Part shown: positions 43,821 through 52,713 of the stretch, piece after piece
How positions within the stretch are numbered: the stretch's first letter is position 1
Layout: the number at the start of each line of letters is the position of its first letter
Assembly (NCBI GenBank): GCA_002281855.1
Contig: NCHQ01000026.1
Span: forward strand, 12,015-76,014
Reading direction: 5' to 3'
Source of the DNA: Rhodospirillales bacterium 24-66-33
GTDB taxonomy: Bacteria > Pseudomonadota > Alphaproteobacteria > Reyranellales > Reyranellaceae
DNA: 64,000 nucleotides
The notes under the pieces: model-generated
The model's input: the letters and a program-made list of their open reading frames with translations, nothing else
Told to the model about the DNA's origin: nothing
Databases searched by the model: none
Program-made: the position numbers and the translations under genes

Positions 43821-45272
43821 TCACACCAGTGCCGCCAGGTAGGCCTCGGCGTGCGCGGAGTCCGCGGATGATCCTGCGAATCCGACATAACCATCGGGAC
43901 GGATGAGCTGCAGCGTGTGGCCCCCGGGGACTGCCGTCACCAGTCGGGGAAACCTTGCCGCAAGGGCCGTCACGACGGCGGCCGGACCCAAGGCGGTGAA
44001 CCTGCGGCCGCCCGTCCCCTCGGGAAGCCGCCGCGGCCAGCGTTCCCCGGGCTCCGGGCCGTCCGAGACTCCGGCGGACCGCGCGGTCAGGGGGCTGTCC
44101 GGATAGCCGATATCCATCTCGGCAAGCTGGTCGGCGACCCGGTGCCGGATCTGCGGAAAGCCAGCGGCAAACCGCAGGATCGCATTCCGCACATCCTGCA
44201 GGAGCGGATTGCGGAGCGTCGCGGCTTCGGTCATCAGCCCGGCATTGCGCAGCACACGATCGCCGACGGCGCTGCGCTCCCGCGAATAGCTGTCGAGCAG
44301 GGACGGCCTGGCGGCACCTTCGATCACGAGCGCGAGTTTCCAGGCGAGATTGAAGGCGTCCTGCATGCCGGTATTCATGCCCTGACCGCCCGCCGGGCTG
44401 TGGATGTGGGCGGCATCGCCCGCTAGGAACACGCGGCCCTTGGAATAATCCCTGACCTTGCGCTCGTTGATGCGGAAGGCGGCAAGCCACACCGGATCGG
44501 ACATGACGATGCCGGGCGAGCCGCGGCGCGCCATCAACGCGTTGATCTGGTCGAGTGTCGGGTCGGGATGAGGGGCGGCACCGCTGGCGGGCCCCAGATC
44601 GGCGATCACCCGCCAGCGATCGCCGTCGATGGGAAAGAAAGCCAGGATGCCGTCGCGGTGCCAGAAGATGTGCAGATGATCCAGGGGGCTGAGGCCCGAG
44701 ATATGGCCATCGGCCAGCGCCCAGTGCGACTGCAGCGTCGAGCCCTCAAACTCGAAGCCGAGCCCATGGCGCACCGCCGAGTGGGCGCCGTCGCAGCCGA
44801 CCAGCCAGTCCGCCTCGACCGTATCGGGAGCGCCGCTCCGTCGGGCGAGCGTGGCCCTGACCGACGAGCCCGTGTCGGTGAACCCGGTCAGTTCGACCTC
44901 GCGCTCGACCGTCACGCCGGACGCGGCCAGCCGCTCCTCCAGCACGCGCTCGGTCTCGCTTTGCGCGATCATCAGCGCATAGGCGAAGCGGCTGTCGATC
45001 ACGTCGAACGAAATCTCGGCGACGACCTCGGTGCCGGTCGAGATCCGGGCGCCGTGCGCCGGCGCGCCTGCGGCCACGAAGTCCGTGGCGTAACCGGCAT
45101 CGTCGAACAGCTCGAGCGTGCGGCTCCACAGCACGAGCGCCTTCGACTTGTCGGTTCGGTGCGCTGCCTTGTCGATGATTCGAACGGGAATACCGTGGCG
45201 GACGAGCTCGTTGGCGAGCGTGAGGCCGACCGGGCCCGCGCCCGAGATGAGCACTTTCGGATGATCCGCCAA
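43821..45272 (-). CDS. FAD-dependent aromatic-ring monooxygenase (PheA/TfdB-like, FAD_binding_3 plus C-terminal thioredoxin-like domain)
   Basis: TTG start at 45272 with an AAGGAGAG SD. The GxGxxG motif is VLISGAGPVGLTLANEL, with DG.HS and GRVFLAGDAAHIHSPAGGQGMNTG blocks. Confidence 0.9.
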   Translation of the reverse strand: MADHPKVLISGAGPVGLTLANELVRHGIPVRIIDKAAHRTDKSKALVLWSRTLELFDDAGYATDFVAAGAPAHGARISTGTEVVAEISFDVIDSRFAYALMIAQSETERVLEERLAASGVTVEREVELTGFTDTGSSVRATLARRSGAPDTVEADWLVGCDGAHSAVRHGLGFEFEGSTLQSHWALADGHISGLSPLDHLHIFWHRDGILAFFPIDGDRWRVIADLGPASGAAPHPDPTLDQINALMARRGSPGIVMSDPVWLAAFRINERKVRDYSKGRVFLAGDAAHIHSPAGGQGMNTGMQDAFNLAWKLALVIEGAARPSLLDSYSRERSAVGDRVLRNAGLMTEAATLRNPLLQDVRNAILRFAAGFPQIRHRVADQLAEMDIGYPDSPLTARSAGVSDGPEPGERWPRRLPEGTGGRRFTALGPAAVVTALAARFPRLVTAVPGGHTLQLIRPDGYVGFAGSSADSAHAEAYLAALV

Positions 45273-45545
45273 GATACTCTCCTTGCAGGATATGGCCGAT
45301 CGACCCTAGCCCCGCTCCGCAGTGCGGCCAATCGGTCCTTGCAAAAGCCTCCGCGAAAGGCCATATGCAGGCGGTCGATAGACGGACAGACGATTTTGGT
45401 CCGCGTTTCCGGTTTCGCCGGCAGCCCGCTCCACGAACTTTGATCCCGAAAACCAGTGCGAATTCGACGGCCGGCTGCGCGTTCCCTGATTTTTGTGTGG
45501 GACGCCGCGCGGTTCAGCATATCTAAAGTAGTGAAAGGGTTACCC

Positions 45546-45758
45546 ATGGCGACGGGAACCGTGAAGTGGTTCAATATTCAGAAGGGCTTCGGCTTCATCC
45601 AGCCGGACAACGGCGGTGCCGATGCCTTCGTGCACATCAGCGCCGTCGAGCGCGCCGGCATGGGCACGCTGAACGAAGGTCAGAAGGTCGAGTATGAACT
45701 CGTCTCCGATCGTCGCAGCGGCAAGATGTCGGCCGACAACCTGAAGTCGGTCGGCTGA
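45546..45758 (+). CDS. Cold-shock protein (CspA family)
   Basis: [34 protein letters not shown] carries the RNP1 motif KGFGFI and the RNP2 motif AFVH. It is 70 aa with a long 5-prime untranslated region upstream. Confidence 0.95.
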   Translation: MATGTVKWFNIQKGFGFIQPDNGGADAFVHISAVERAGMGTLNEGQKVEYELVSDRRSGKMSADNLKSVG

Positions 45759-45805
45759 TCACGCGGCTGCCGGTAACGGCGGCCACGTTCAGCGACATGA
45801 GATGA

Positions 45806-45833
45806 CCCCGCACCCTCTGGGTGCGGGGTTTTT
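45806..45833 (+). terminator. Rho-independent terminator of the csp gene
   Basis: ccccgcaccc / tct / gggtgcgggg forms a perfect 10-bp stem followed by TTTTT. Confidence 0.85.
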
Positions 45834-45948
45834 CATTGCCTTTCGGGCGAGTTGGTTCGCCAGACGACGCATCTGTCTACGCGTTTCCGACGGGGAATGC
45901 GCAGATACGCCCTCATGGTCGACGGACCTGAAACGATGTGGAGGCCCC

Positions 45949-46164
45949 ATGGCCAAGAAATCCAGCAAGCGTACGGAGTACGTGCTGTTCAACGTCACCT
46001 ACGAAGACGGCAGCCAGCGCTCCAACCGCCGCGTACCGCTTGAGGCCCTCGAAGGGCTCGAGAAGGATCTGCCCGCCCGCGAAATCATTGCGGAGCAGGA
46101 TCGTGAAGTCGCCGAGAAGTCCGGCAAGCCCGCGCTCGTCATCAAAACGCTCGTGCGCGCCTGA
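45949..46164 (+). CDS. Small conserved-looking hypothetical protein (71 aa)
   Basis: The start is MAKKSSKRTEYVLFNVTYEDGSQRSNRRVP (ATG 45949, GTGGAGG SD). Composition is normal. The longer track ORF reads through the csp terminator. Confidence 0.6.
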   Translation: MAKKSSKRTEYVLFNVTYEDGSQRSNRRVPLEALEGLEKDLPAREIIAEQDREVAEKSGKPALVIKTLVRA

Positions 46165-46166
46165 GG

Positions 46167-46850
46167 TCAGGAGACAGTCGACGGGGCCGCTTCCGGCGGG
46201 GTGGGGGGCAGCAGCCGGTCGATGGCCGTGATCCAGGCGTGGCGTGCTTCCTCTGCCGACAGGCCGTGGCGTTCGCGCATGCGACCCCAGCTTTCGAAAT
46301 CGGTCAACTGCTCAAGCGCGATCAGCAATACCTTGCGATCGACCTCGGGCAGATCGGCGAGTTCGGCGCGATAGTTAAGGGCCAGACCCGTCCACATGAC
46401 GTTGCGAATCCGGCTGATCCGCGCTCGTACCAGTTCCGATTCTTTCTGATGTTGCAGCAGCACCCGCCATAGCGTCAGCCAACGCTCGCAGATGGCGGAA
46501 CGCCTCTCGACAAGGGACCGCACGCGTTCGGCCCGGGTGCCGCTCCGGTCTCGGCGGACGGCGCGGGCCATCGCCTCGGCGAAGGCATAGTCGGCCGCGG
46601 CGATGGTGAGTGCCGGAAGATCATCGAAGCGCTCGAAGACCGATCGCACGGAATACCCGGCGCGCTTGGCGATCTGTGCCGCCGTCGGCGCCTCCGGCCC
46701 CTCGTTCAGCAATTCCAGATAGGCTTCGATGATGAGCTGCTTGGTCCGTTCGCTGCGGAGCGCGCGGCCGTCCATGCGGCGGGGCTTTGCGGGGCTCTCC
46801 GCGCCCTGAACTGAAGGAGTCATTTGTTCGCTGTTCGGCACCGTATCCAT
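46167..46850 (-). CDS. TetR/AcrR-family transcriptional regulator
   Basis: The N-terminal HTH is RSERTKQLIIEAYLELLNEG...PTAAQIAKRAGYSVRSVFERF. Confidence 0.9.
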   Translation of the reverse strand: MDTVPNSEQMTPSVQGAESPAKPRRMDGRALRSERTKQLIIEAYLELLNEGPEAPTAAQIAKRAGYSVRSVFERFDDLPALTIAAADYAFAEAMARAVRRDRSGTRAERVRSLVERRSAICERWLTLWRVLLQHQKESELVRARISRIRNVMWTGLALNYRAELADLPEVDRKVLLIALEQLTDFESWGRMRERHGLSAEEARHAWITAIDRLLPPTPPEAAPSTVS

Positions 46851-46962
46851 CGCTTCGCTACCGCGGCCAGTCGCCGAGGTGCGCTAATTGTGCCCCCCTT
46901 GATGCCCCTTCGCCAGTGCGGGTGTCACGCAACTTCGCCGCGCTCCGGGCGTTGAACCCATC

Positions 46963-47115
46963 ATGAGCAAGACCGTCCAGCGCACCCCCAACGACCGCCA
47001 GCACCAGGCGGCCCTTCGTGTATCGACCAAGCAGATCGCCAAGGACGCGGTGCGGGGCGGTCCGAAGTCGGTGAAGAAGGACAAGCGCCCGACCGGCCAG
47101 GGCCAGAAGGGTTAG
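46963..47115 (+). CDS. Possible small basic protein (50 aa), below the ORF-track cutoff
   Basis: The translation is MSKTVQRTPNDRQHQAALRVSTKQIAKDAVRGGPKSVKKDKRPTGQGQKG. Third-position GC bias is strong, but there is no clear SD. Confidence 0.4.
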   Translation: MSKTVQRTPNDRQHQAALRVSTKQIAKDAVRGGPKSVKKDKRPTGQGQKG

Positions 47116-47146
47116 AGGAGCGCGGCCGGCACGCCCGAGCCGTGCC

Positions 47147-48151
47147 GTGCGCGTCGCGGTCTTCAGCACGAAGCCCTACGACCGGCAGTTCCTGGATTCC
47201 GCCAACACGTCGGCCCATCATCAGCTGGTCTATCTCGAACCTCGCTTGACCGTCGAAACCACTGCCTTGGCGCGGGACGTGTCGGCCGTGTGCGCTTTCG
47301 TGAACGATTCGCTTTCGGCGGAGGTGCTCGAGCCGCTCGCCCGACAGGGCGTCTGCCTCGTGGCGCTGCGCTGCACTGGTTTCAACAATGTCGACCTCGT
47401 CGCGGCCCGGAAGCTCGGCATCACGGTGGCGCGCGTACCCGAATATTCACCGCATGCGGTCGCGGAGCATGCCGTCACGCTGGTCCTGGCGCTGAACCGC
47501 CGCATCCACCGCGCCTATGCCCGCGTGCGCGAGGGCAACTTCGCGCTGGAGGGGCTGCTGGGCTTCGACATGAAGAGCCGCACCGTCGGCGTCGTCGGCA
47601 CCGGACGGATCGGCGCCACCTTCGCCCGCATCCTTGCGGGCTTCGGCTGCACGATCCTGGCCGTCGATCCGGCGCCCGACCCGGCCTGCATCGCGGCGGG
47701 CGTGCGCTATGTCGACCTGCCCGATCTGCTGGAGGCCTCCGACATCGTCTCGCTCCATTGCCCGCTGACGCCCGGCACCCGTCACCTGATCGACGCGGCA
47801 GCGCTGGCCCGCATGCGTCCGGGCGCGATGCTGATCAACACCAGCCGCGGCGCGGTGATCGATACGCCGGCGGTGATCGCGGCGCTGAAGGACGGCCGCC
47901 TCGGTCATCTCGGGCTCGACGTCTACGAGGAGGAGGCCGACCTCTTCTTCGAGGACCTCTCCGACAAGGTGATCCAGGACGACGTCTTTGCCCGGCTGCT
48001 GTCCTTTCCCAACGTTCTCGTCACCGGGCATCAGGCGTTCTTCACGGCCGACGCGCTGCAGGGCATCGCGCGCACAACCATCGCCAACATCACGGGCTTC
48101 GAGCGGGACGGCCGGGCGGTCCACGAAATTTCGGTCGAGAAGCTCGCCTGA
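47147..48151 (+). CDS. ldhA: D-lactate dehydrogenase (fermentative, 2-hydroxyacid dehydrogenase family)
   Basis: GTG start. (M)RVAVFSTKPYDRQFL..., ALRCTGFNNVDL, EYSPHAVAEHA..L.L.LNRRIHRAY.R.REGNF.LEGL.GF and GVVGTGRIG are collinear with enterobacterial LdhA. Confidence 0.85.
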   Translation: MRVAVFSTKPYDRQFLDSANTSAHHQLVYLEPRLTVETTALARDVSAVCAFVNDSLSAEVLEPLARQGVCLVALRCTGFNNVDLVAARKLGITVARVPEYSPHAVAEHAVTLVLALNRRIHRAYARVREGNFALEGLLGFDMKSRTVGVVGTGRIGATFARILAGFGCTILAVDPAPDPACIAAGVRYVDLPDLLEASDIVSLHCPLTPGTRHLIDAAALARMRPGAMLINTSRGAVIDTPAVIAALKDGRLGHLGLDVYEEEADLFFEDLSDKVIQDDVFARLLSFPNVLVTGHQAFFTADALQGIARTTIANITGFERDGRAVHEISVEKLA

Positions 48152-48185
48152 CGTCCCGAAGGACGCCAGGGACGGGAGCGGCAGC

Positions 48186-48452
48186 CTAGGCCCGCCGCCC
48201 GCGCACCAGTCCGACGATCAGGAGCAGGATGATCGCACCCAACGCCGCGAAGAGAATCTGGGCGAGAAGCCCGCCGCCCAGGTCGAGACCGAGACGGGGA
48301 GATAGCAGGCCCGCGAACAGCGCGCCGGCGATGCCGACCAGCAGGTCGCCCACCAGCCCGAAGCCCGTCCCGCGGACGACCTTGCCGGCCAACCAGCCGG
48401 CCACGATGCCGACGACGAGAATGACGAGAATGCTTTCGGCCGACATATTCAT
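48186..48452 (-). CDS. GlsB/YeaQ/YmgE-family stress-response membrane protein
   Basis: The start is MNMSAESILVILVVGIVAGWLAGKVV.G.GFGL.GD...GI.GA..G, the classic family pattern. It is 88 aa. Confidence 0.85.
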   Translation of the reverse strand: MNMSAESILVILVVGIVAGWLAGKVVRGTGFGLVGDLLVGIAGALFAGLLSPRLGLDLGGGLLAQILFAALGAIILLLIVGLVRGRRA

Positions 48453-48630
48453 CGTGAGATCTCCGGGCCGTTCCGCGGACGCGCAGCACATCGGCGCCCG
48501 GTCAACGCGTCGCACCTCGCCGCGTTGCGCCCGCTCATTGCCGCAATTGCGCCGCTGCGGGAGGCTATGGCACAGGCTGCCGGGGCCACTACATTCCGGC
48601 TCACAATCAGCCCTCGAGGAAGACCAGTTC

Positions 48631-48906
48631 ATGCGCCGCATCCTTCTCCCCCTGCTCTGCCTGTCCTTTCTGCCGGCCGTCGCCCAGGCCGCCGACCAGG
48701 CCGCCGCCACGGCGTGTTCCGCGCAGCTCTCCAAGGACGGCCAGCTCCTCTACAGCAAGGTGGCGCCCACGATGACGCCCCAGACCGACATCAAGGACGC
48801 CCTCACCAGCGTCGCCCGTCCGATGGTGATGGGTGGCTCGATGTCGCGCGACACCGCCCGCGCCGCCGCCGAGGCTGCCGGTGAGTGCCTGAAGTTCCTG
48901 AAGTGA
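48631..48906 (+). CDS. Small secreted hypothetical protein (91 aa)
   Basis: The signal peptide is MRRILLPLLCLSFLPAVAQA. The mature part has two Cys and no recognised family. Confidence 0.6.
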   Translation: MRRILLPLLCLSFLPAVAQAADQAAATACSAQLSKDGQLLYSKVAPTMTPQTDIKDALTSVARPMVMGGSMSRDTARAAAEAAGECLKFLK

Positions 48907-48928
48907 TGCTTCGGCCCTAGGGCCACTG

Positions 48929-50143
48929 TCACGACGCTGGCGGTGCGGGCCTTCTGCGCAGCGCCAGCACCATGGCGCCGGTGAGCACGAGGCCGGCGAC
49001 CGCCATCACGACGATGGCGCCACGAGCGCCGAGTTCTTCGGACAGTCCGCCGGCCGCGAGTTGGCCGAGCGGGCCCGTGCCGATGCATACGGTGACGACA
49101 CCCATCAGCCGGGAACGCATCTCGGGCGGCGCTTCGGTCAGCATCAGGGTCGATTGCATGTTGCCGAAGCCCGCGGTGCCAAAGCCGCCGATCACCAGCA
49201 GGGCGAAGGCCAGCCAGTAGAATGGCGACAGCGCCATGAAGATGAGCGCGACCATGAACAGCGCCGCGCCGCCGGCAAACGCTAATCGCCGGTCCAAGCG
49301 CAGCAGACCCGCCGCGATCAGCGCGCCGCCCAGCAAGGCCCCCAGTGGCTCGCCGGCCGCCAGCAGGCCGACCAGCGCCGGCGAGACGTGGAACTCGCCC
49401 TGCCCGAGCGGTGCGACGAGGCCGGAATAGGCAAAGGCGAACGCATTCGTGACGATGGTGACGCCGAACACCAGCAGGATGATGGGCCGCGTCCAGGCGA
49501 AGCGAAGCCCGTCTGCGATCTCGTGCGGGATGCGCATCAGGTCGAGCCGTCGCGTCAGTTGGGCATGTGCGAGGCCGGCGATCGCGAAAGCGCCGGCGAA
49601 TTGCACGAGGGCGGTGAGGGTGTAGGCCCCCTTCATGCCCAGCCATTCGAAAGCGATGCCGCCCAGGAGCGGACCGACCGCGCGCGTCGCCGCCGAGGTG
49701 ACGCTGTCGAGGGCGATGGCGTTGACGATGCGGTGCGGGCCGGCGACCTCGCCGACCATGCGCCGGCGGGTCGACATTTCGGTCGACCACATCGTGCCGG
49801 AGACGAGATTGCCCAGCGCCACATGCCAGACCTCGAGATGACCCGCGACGGCGAGCGAGGCGAGCAGGGTCGAGATCAGGGCCGGCACGACCAGCGCCAG
49901 CATGAAGATCAGCTTGCGGTTCACCGCCTCGGAGATGGCCCCGGCGAAGGCGCCGAACAGGAGCTGCGGGATCTGCCGCAAGGCGACCACGACGGTGACG
50001 GCGAAGGCGGAGTGCGTGACCTCCCAGGCGAACAGGCCAGACGCCAGCAGCTCCAGCCAGCGCATCGCATTGGCGAAGGCGCCGACCAGCCAGAGTCTCA
50101 GGAAGTCGGGCGAGCGCAACAGCTCCCGGATCGGCGAGTCCAT
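48929..50143 (-). CDS. MFS transporter
   Basis: 404 aa and about 12 TM segments. The N-terminal block F..LW.G......G......L..W is typical of enterobactin-exporter-like MFS proteins. Confidence 0.85.
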   Translation of the reverse strand: MDSPIRELLRSPDFLRLWLVGAFANAMRWLELLASGLFAWEVTHSAFAVTVVVALRQIPQLLFGAFAGAISEAVNRKLIFMLALVVPALISTLLASLAVAGHLEVWHVALGNLVSGTMWSTEMSTRRRMVGEVAGPHRIVNAIALDSVTSAATRAVGPLLGGIAFEWLGMKGAYTLTALVQFAGAFAIAGLAHAQLTRRLDLMRIPHEIADGLRFAWTRPIILLVFGVTIVTNAFAFAYSGLVAPLGQGEFHVSPALVGLLAAGEPLGALLGGALIAAGLLRLDRRLAFAGGAALFMVALIFMALSPFYWLAFALLVIGGFGTAGFGNMQSTLMLTEAPPEMRSRLMGVVTVCIGTGPLGQLAAGGLSEELGARGAIVVMAVAGLVLTGAMVLALRRRPAPPAS

Positions 50144-50195
50144 TGGCCGGAGGTTACCCGTCCCTCACCGCGAGGCGAAGCCCGGCAGGCGATTT

Positions 50196-51650
50196 TTAGC
50201 GCCCGATCTCCTCCAGATTGACGCCTGCCGTCTCGATGCGAAACCACCAGGTGATCAGCGCGCCGAGGAGGGACGTGAAGACGAGGGCGGTCAGCAGGAA
50301 GTCGGTGCCGGCATCGGCCAGGATCACCGGGAAGATGAAGGCCGTCAGCACAGCGCCGATCTTGGCGAAGGCGGCGGCGAAGCCCGCACCCTTGCCGCGA
50401 ATGTGGGTCGGGAAGACCTCGCCGGCCAGCAGGTAGGTCTGCGAATTGGGCCCGAGGTTGGTCATGAAATTGAACAGCATGAAGCCCCCGAACAGCAACA
50501 TCGTGCGCGCCGGCTCCTCGACATGGGACTGCAGCGCCGCCATCGCGAGCCCGACGGCGCAGCCGAGAAAACCGAGCACCTGCAGCCGGATGCGGCCGAC
50601 CTTGTCGGAGAGCAGCACGGCGGCGAGGATGCCCACGATCAGCAGCGTGTCCACCAGCGCCGCGCCCTTCGCGCCCTCGAGGTCGCGGGCGATGATGGCC
50701 GACACGTTGTGGGCGTTCGTGACCTCGTGACCAATCGTGTGGGCGAGGATCGTCGGCGTGAAGATGCCGATGCCGTAGGTCCCGAGGTCCTGCAGGAACC
50801 AGGGCACCGAGGCCAGGATCGTGGCGCGTCGGTTCTTCTTGTTGAAGAGGTCGGCCCAGCGGCCGCGCCGGTGGTGGCTGTGATGGGCGGGGTCGTCGCT
50901 CCCGGCCAGGCGCACCTGCTTGGGATATTGCGGCTTGCGCTTCAGCAGCCGCCGCAGCTCGCGCTCGGCCTCCTCGCGGCGGCCGCGGCTCACCAGCCAC
51001 TGGCCGCTATCGCTCACGAACAACCGGGCGAACACGACGAAGGCGGCGGGCACGATCGCCGTGGCGTACATCCAGCGCCAGGCGTCGAGCGAGGCATCGA
51101 AGGTCAGGATCGCGAAGCCCAGCGCCGTGCCGGCCAGCGCGCCGATTGCCTGGAAGGCGAAGGCGGCCAGCACCAGCTTGCCGCGGTCGCGGCTGGGAAT
51201 GCTCTCGGAGATCACGAGGTGCGCGGTGGGATAGTCGCAGCCCAGCGCCACGCCGACGCCGAACAGAAAGAAGACCAGCCAGCCGAAACTCGGTGCGATG
51301 GTCAGGCCGGCCAGGAAGATGACGAAGACCAGCATCTCGATCACGAACATGCGGCGCCGGCCGTAGACGTCGGCCAGGCCGCCCAGCGCCACGGCGCCGA
51401 TCATGATACCGGCCAGGGTGGCGGCGCTCACGATGCCCTTGCCCGTGGGCGAAAGACCGAACTCCTCGACGATCAGCGGCAGGGCGACGCCGGTCATGAA
51501 CACGACCAGGCCTTCGAAGAACTTGCCGGCGGTGGCAAGCGTCCAGATGCGCCACTGCATCTGGGTCATCGGCACGCTGGGTGTGGGGGTCCCGTCGGGC
51601 CATGACGGGGTTTGGTCGATATAGCCCTGGACGCTTTGAGGTTCAGCCAT
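50196..51650 (-). CDS. MFS transporter (sugar-porter / metabolite:H+ symporter-like)
   Basis: GGLADVYGRRRMF is the MFS loop 2-3 motif. WLVSRGRREEAEREL matches the PESPRWL...GR..EA region. There are 12 TM segments. Confidence 0.9.
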   Translation of the reverse strand: MAEPQSVQGYIDQTPSWPDGTPTPSVPMTQMQWRIWTLATAGKFFEGLVVFMTGVALPLIVEEFGLSPTGKGIVSAATLAGIMIGAVALGGLADVYGRRRMFVIEMLVFVIFLAGLTIAPSFGWLVFFLFGVGVALGCDYPTAHLVISESIPSRDRGKLVLAAFAFQAIGALAGTALGFAILTFDASLDAWRWMYATAIVPAAFVVFARLFVSDSGQWLVSRGRREEAERELRRLLKRKPQYPKQVRLAGSDDPAHHSHHRRGRWADLFNKKNRRATILASVPWFLQDLGTYGIGIFTPTILAHTIGHEVTNAHNVSAIIARDLEGAKGAALVDTLLIVGILAAVLLSDKVGRIRLQVLGFLGCAVGLAMAALQSHVEEPARTMLLFGGFMLFNFMTNLGPNSQTYLLAGEVFPTHIRGKGAGFAAAFAKIGAVLTAFIFPVILADAGTDFLLTALVFTSLLGALITWWFRIETAGVNLEEIGR

Positions 51651-51720
51651 CTGGACAGATTACCCAGCGAGGTTACGCTGTGGTGTCTGAAAAGCAAAAA
51701 ACACAAATCAGGGAAACGCC

Positions 51721-52695
51721 ATGAAGAGACGGAGCCTGCTCGTCGCGGCCCTTGCCGCGCCGTCGATCGTCCCTGCCGTTGCGTTCGGTCAGGGGAGCTG
51801 GCCGAACAAGACGGTGAAGTTCATCTGTCCCTTCGCGGCAGGTGGCGGCACCGACACGGTCAGCCGTCTGATGTGCGATCAGCTCTCCAAGAACCTCGGC
51901 CAGACCTTCGTGGTCGAGAACAAGGGCGGTGCGGGCGGCAACATCGGTACGGTCGAACTCACGCGGGCGGCCCCCGACGGCTACACGATCGGCCTCATCT
52001 CGGTGGCCAGCCATACGCTGAACCCGATGCTCTACGGCAGGCTGCCCTACAATCCGGACAGGGACATCGTGGCGGTCTCGCGCGTGGCCATCCTCGCCAA
52101 CCTGCTGGGCGTGACGCCGTCGCTGCCGGCCAACAACGTCGCGGAGCTGATCGCGCTCTGCAAGAAGGAGCCGGGCAAGTATTCCTTCGCCTCGTCGGGT
52201 CCGGGCACGTCGCTGCACCTGAGCGGCGAGTTGTTCAAGAAGCTGGCCGGCGTCGACATCATCCACGTGCCCTACAAGGGCGCCGGCCCGGTCTATTCCG
52301 ACCTGATGGCCGGTATCGTGAACATGATGTTCGCCAACATGCCCTCGATGCTGCCGCAGGTCCGCGCCGGAAAGCTCAAGGGGCTGGGCGTGACCTCGGC
52401 CCAGCGCTCCAAGGCGGCGCCCGACATCCCAGCCATTGCCGAGACCGTGCCGGGCTATGTCGCCACCTCATGGTATGGGATCGGCGCGCCGGCGGGCACG
52501 CCCGAACCGATCCTCGCCAGGCTCGAAGCCGCGATCGCCGAGGCGCTGAAGTCGCCCGACATCCAGAAGCGCTGGAACGACGATCTCGGCCTCGACATGC
52601 CGCCGCCGGGCCGCGCCGGCTTCGACCGGTTTCTGGCCGAGGACCGCAAGCTCTGGGAGCCCGCGGTCAAGGCCTCGGGCGTGAAGCTCGACTGA
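51721..52695 (+). CDS. Bug-family (TctC-like) tripartite tricarboxylate transporter substrate-binding protein; orphan
   Basis: The signal peptide is MKRRSLLVAALAAPSIVPAVAFG. WPNKTVKFICPFAAGGGTDTVSR and VENKGGAGGNIG are blocks diagnostic of Bug proteins. Confidence 0.9.
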   Translation: MKRRSLLVAALAAPSIVPAVAFGQGSWPNKTVKFICPFAAGGGTDTVSRLMCDQLSKNLGQTFVVENKGGAGGNIGTVELTRAAPDGYTIGLISVASHTLNPMLYGRLPYNPDRDIVAVSRVAILANLLGVTPSLPANNVAELIALCKKEPGKYSFASSGPGTSLHLSGELFKKLAGVDIIHVPYKGAGPVYSDLMAGIVNMMFANMPSMLPQVRAGKLKGLGVTSAQRSKAAPDIPAIAETVPGYVATSWYGIGAPAGTPEPILARLEAAIAEALKSPDIQKRWNDDLGLDMPPPGRAGFDRFLAEDRKLWEPAVKASGVKLD

Positions 52696-52713
52696 TCCTC
52701 TTCGGGAGTAATT

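Noticed and set aside
48453-48630. A general-stress (EcfG-type, GGAAC-N16-17-CGTT) promoter for the GlsB/YeaQ gene.
   Set aside because: A GGAAC is present about 20 nt upstream of the ATG on the minus strand. No CGTT follows at the required spacing, and the site is too close to the start codon.
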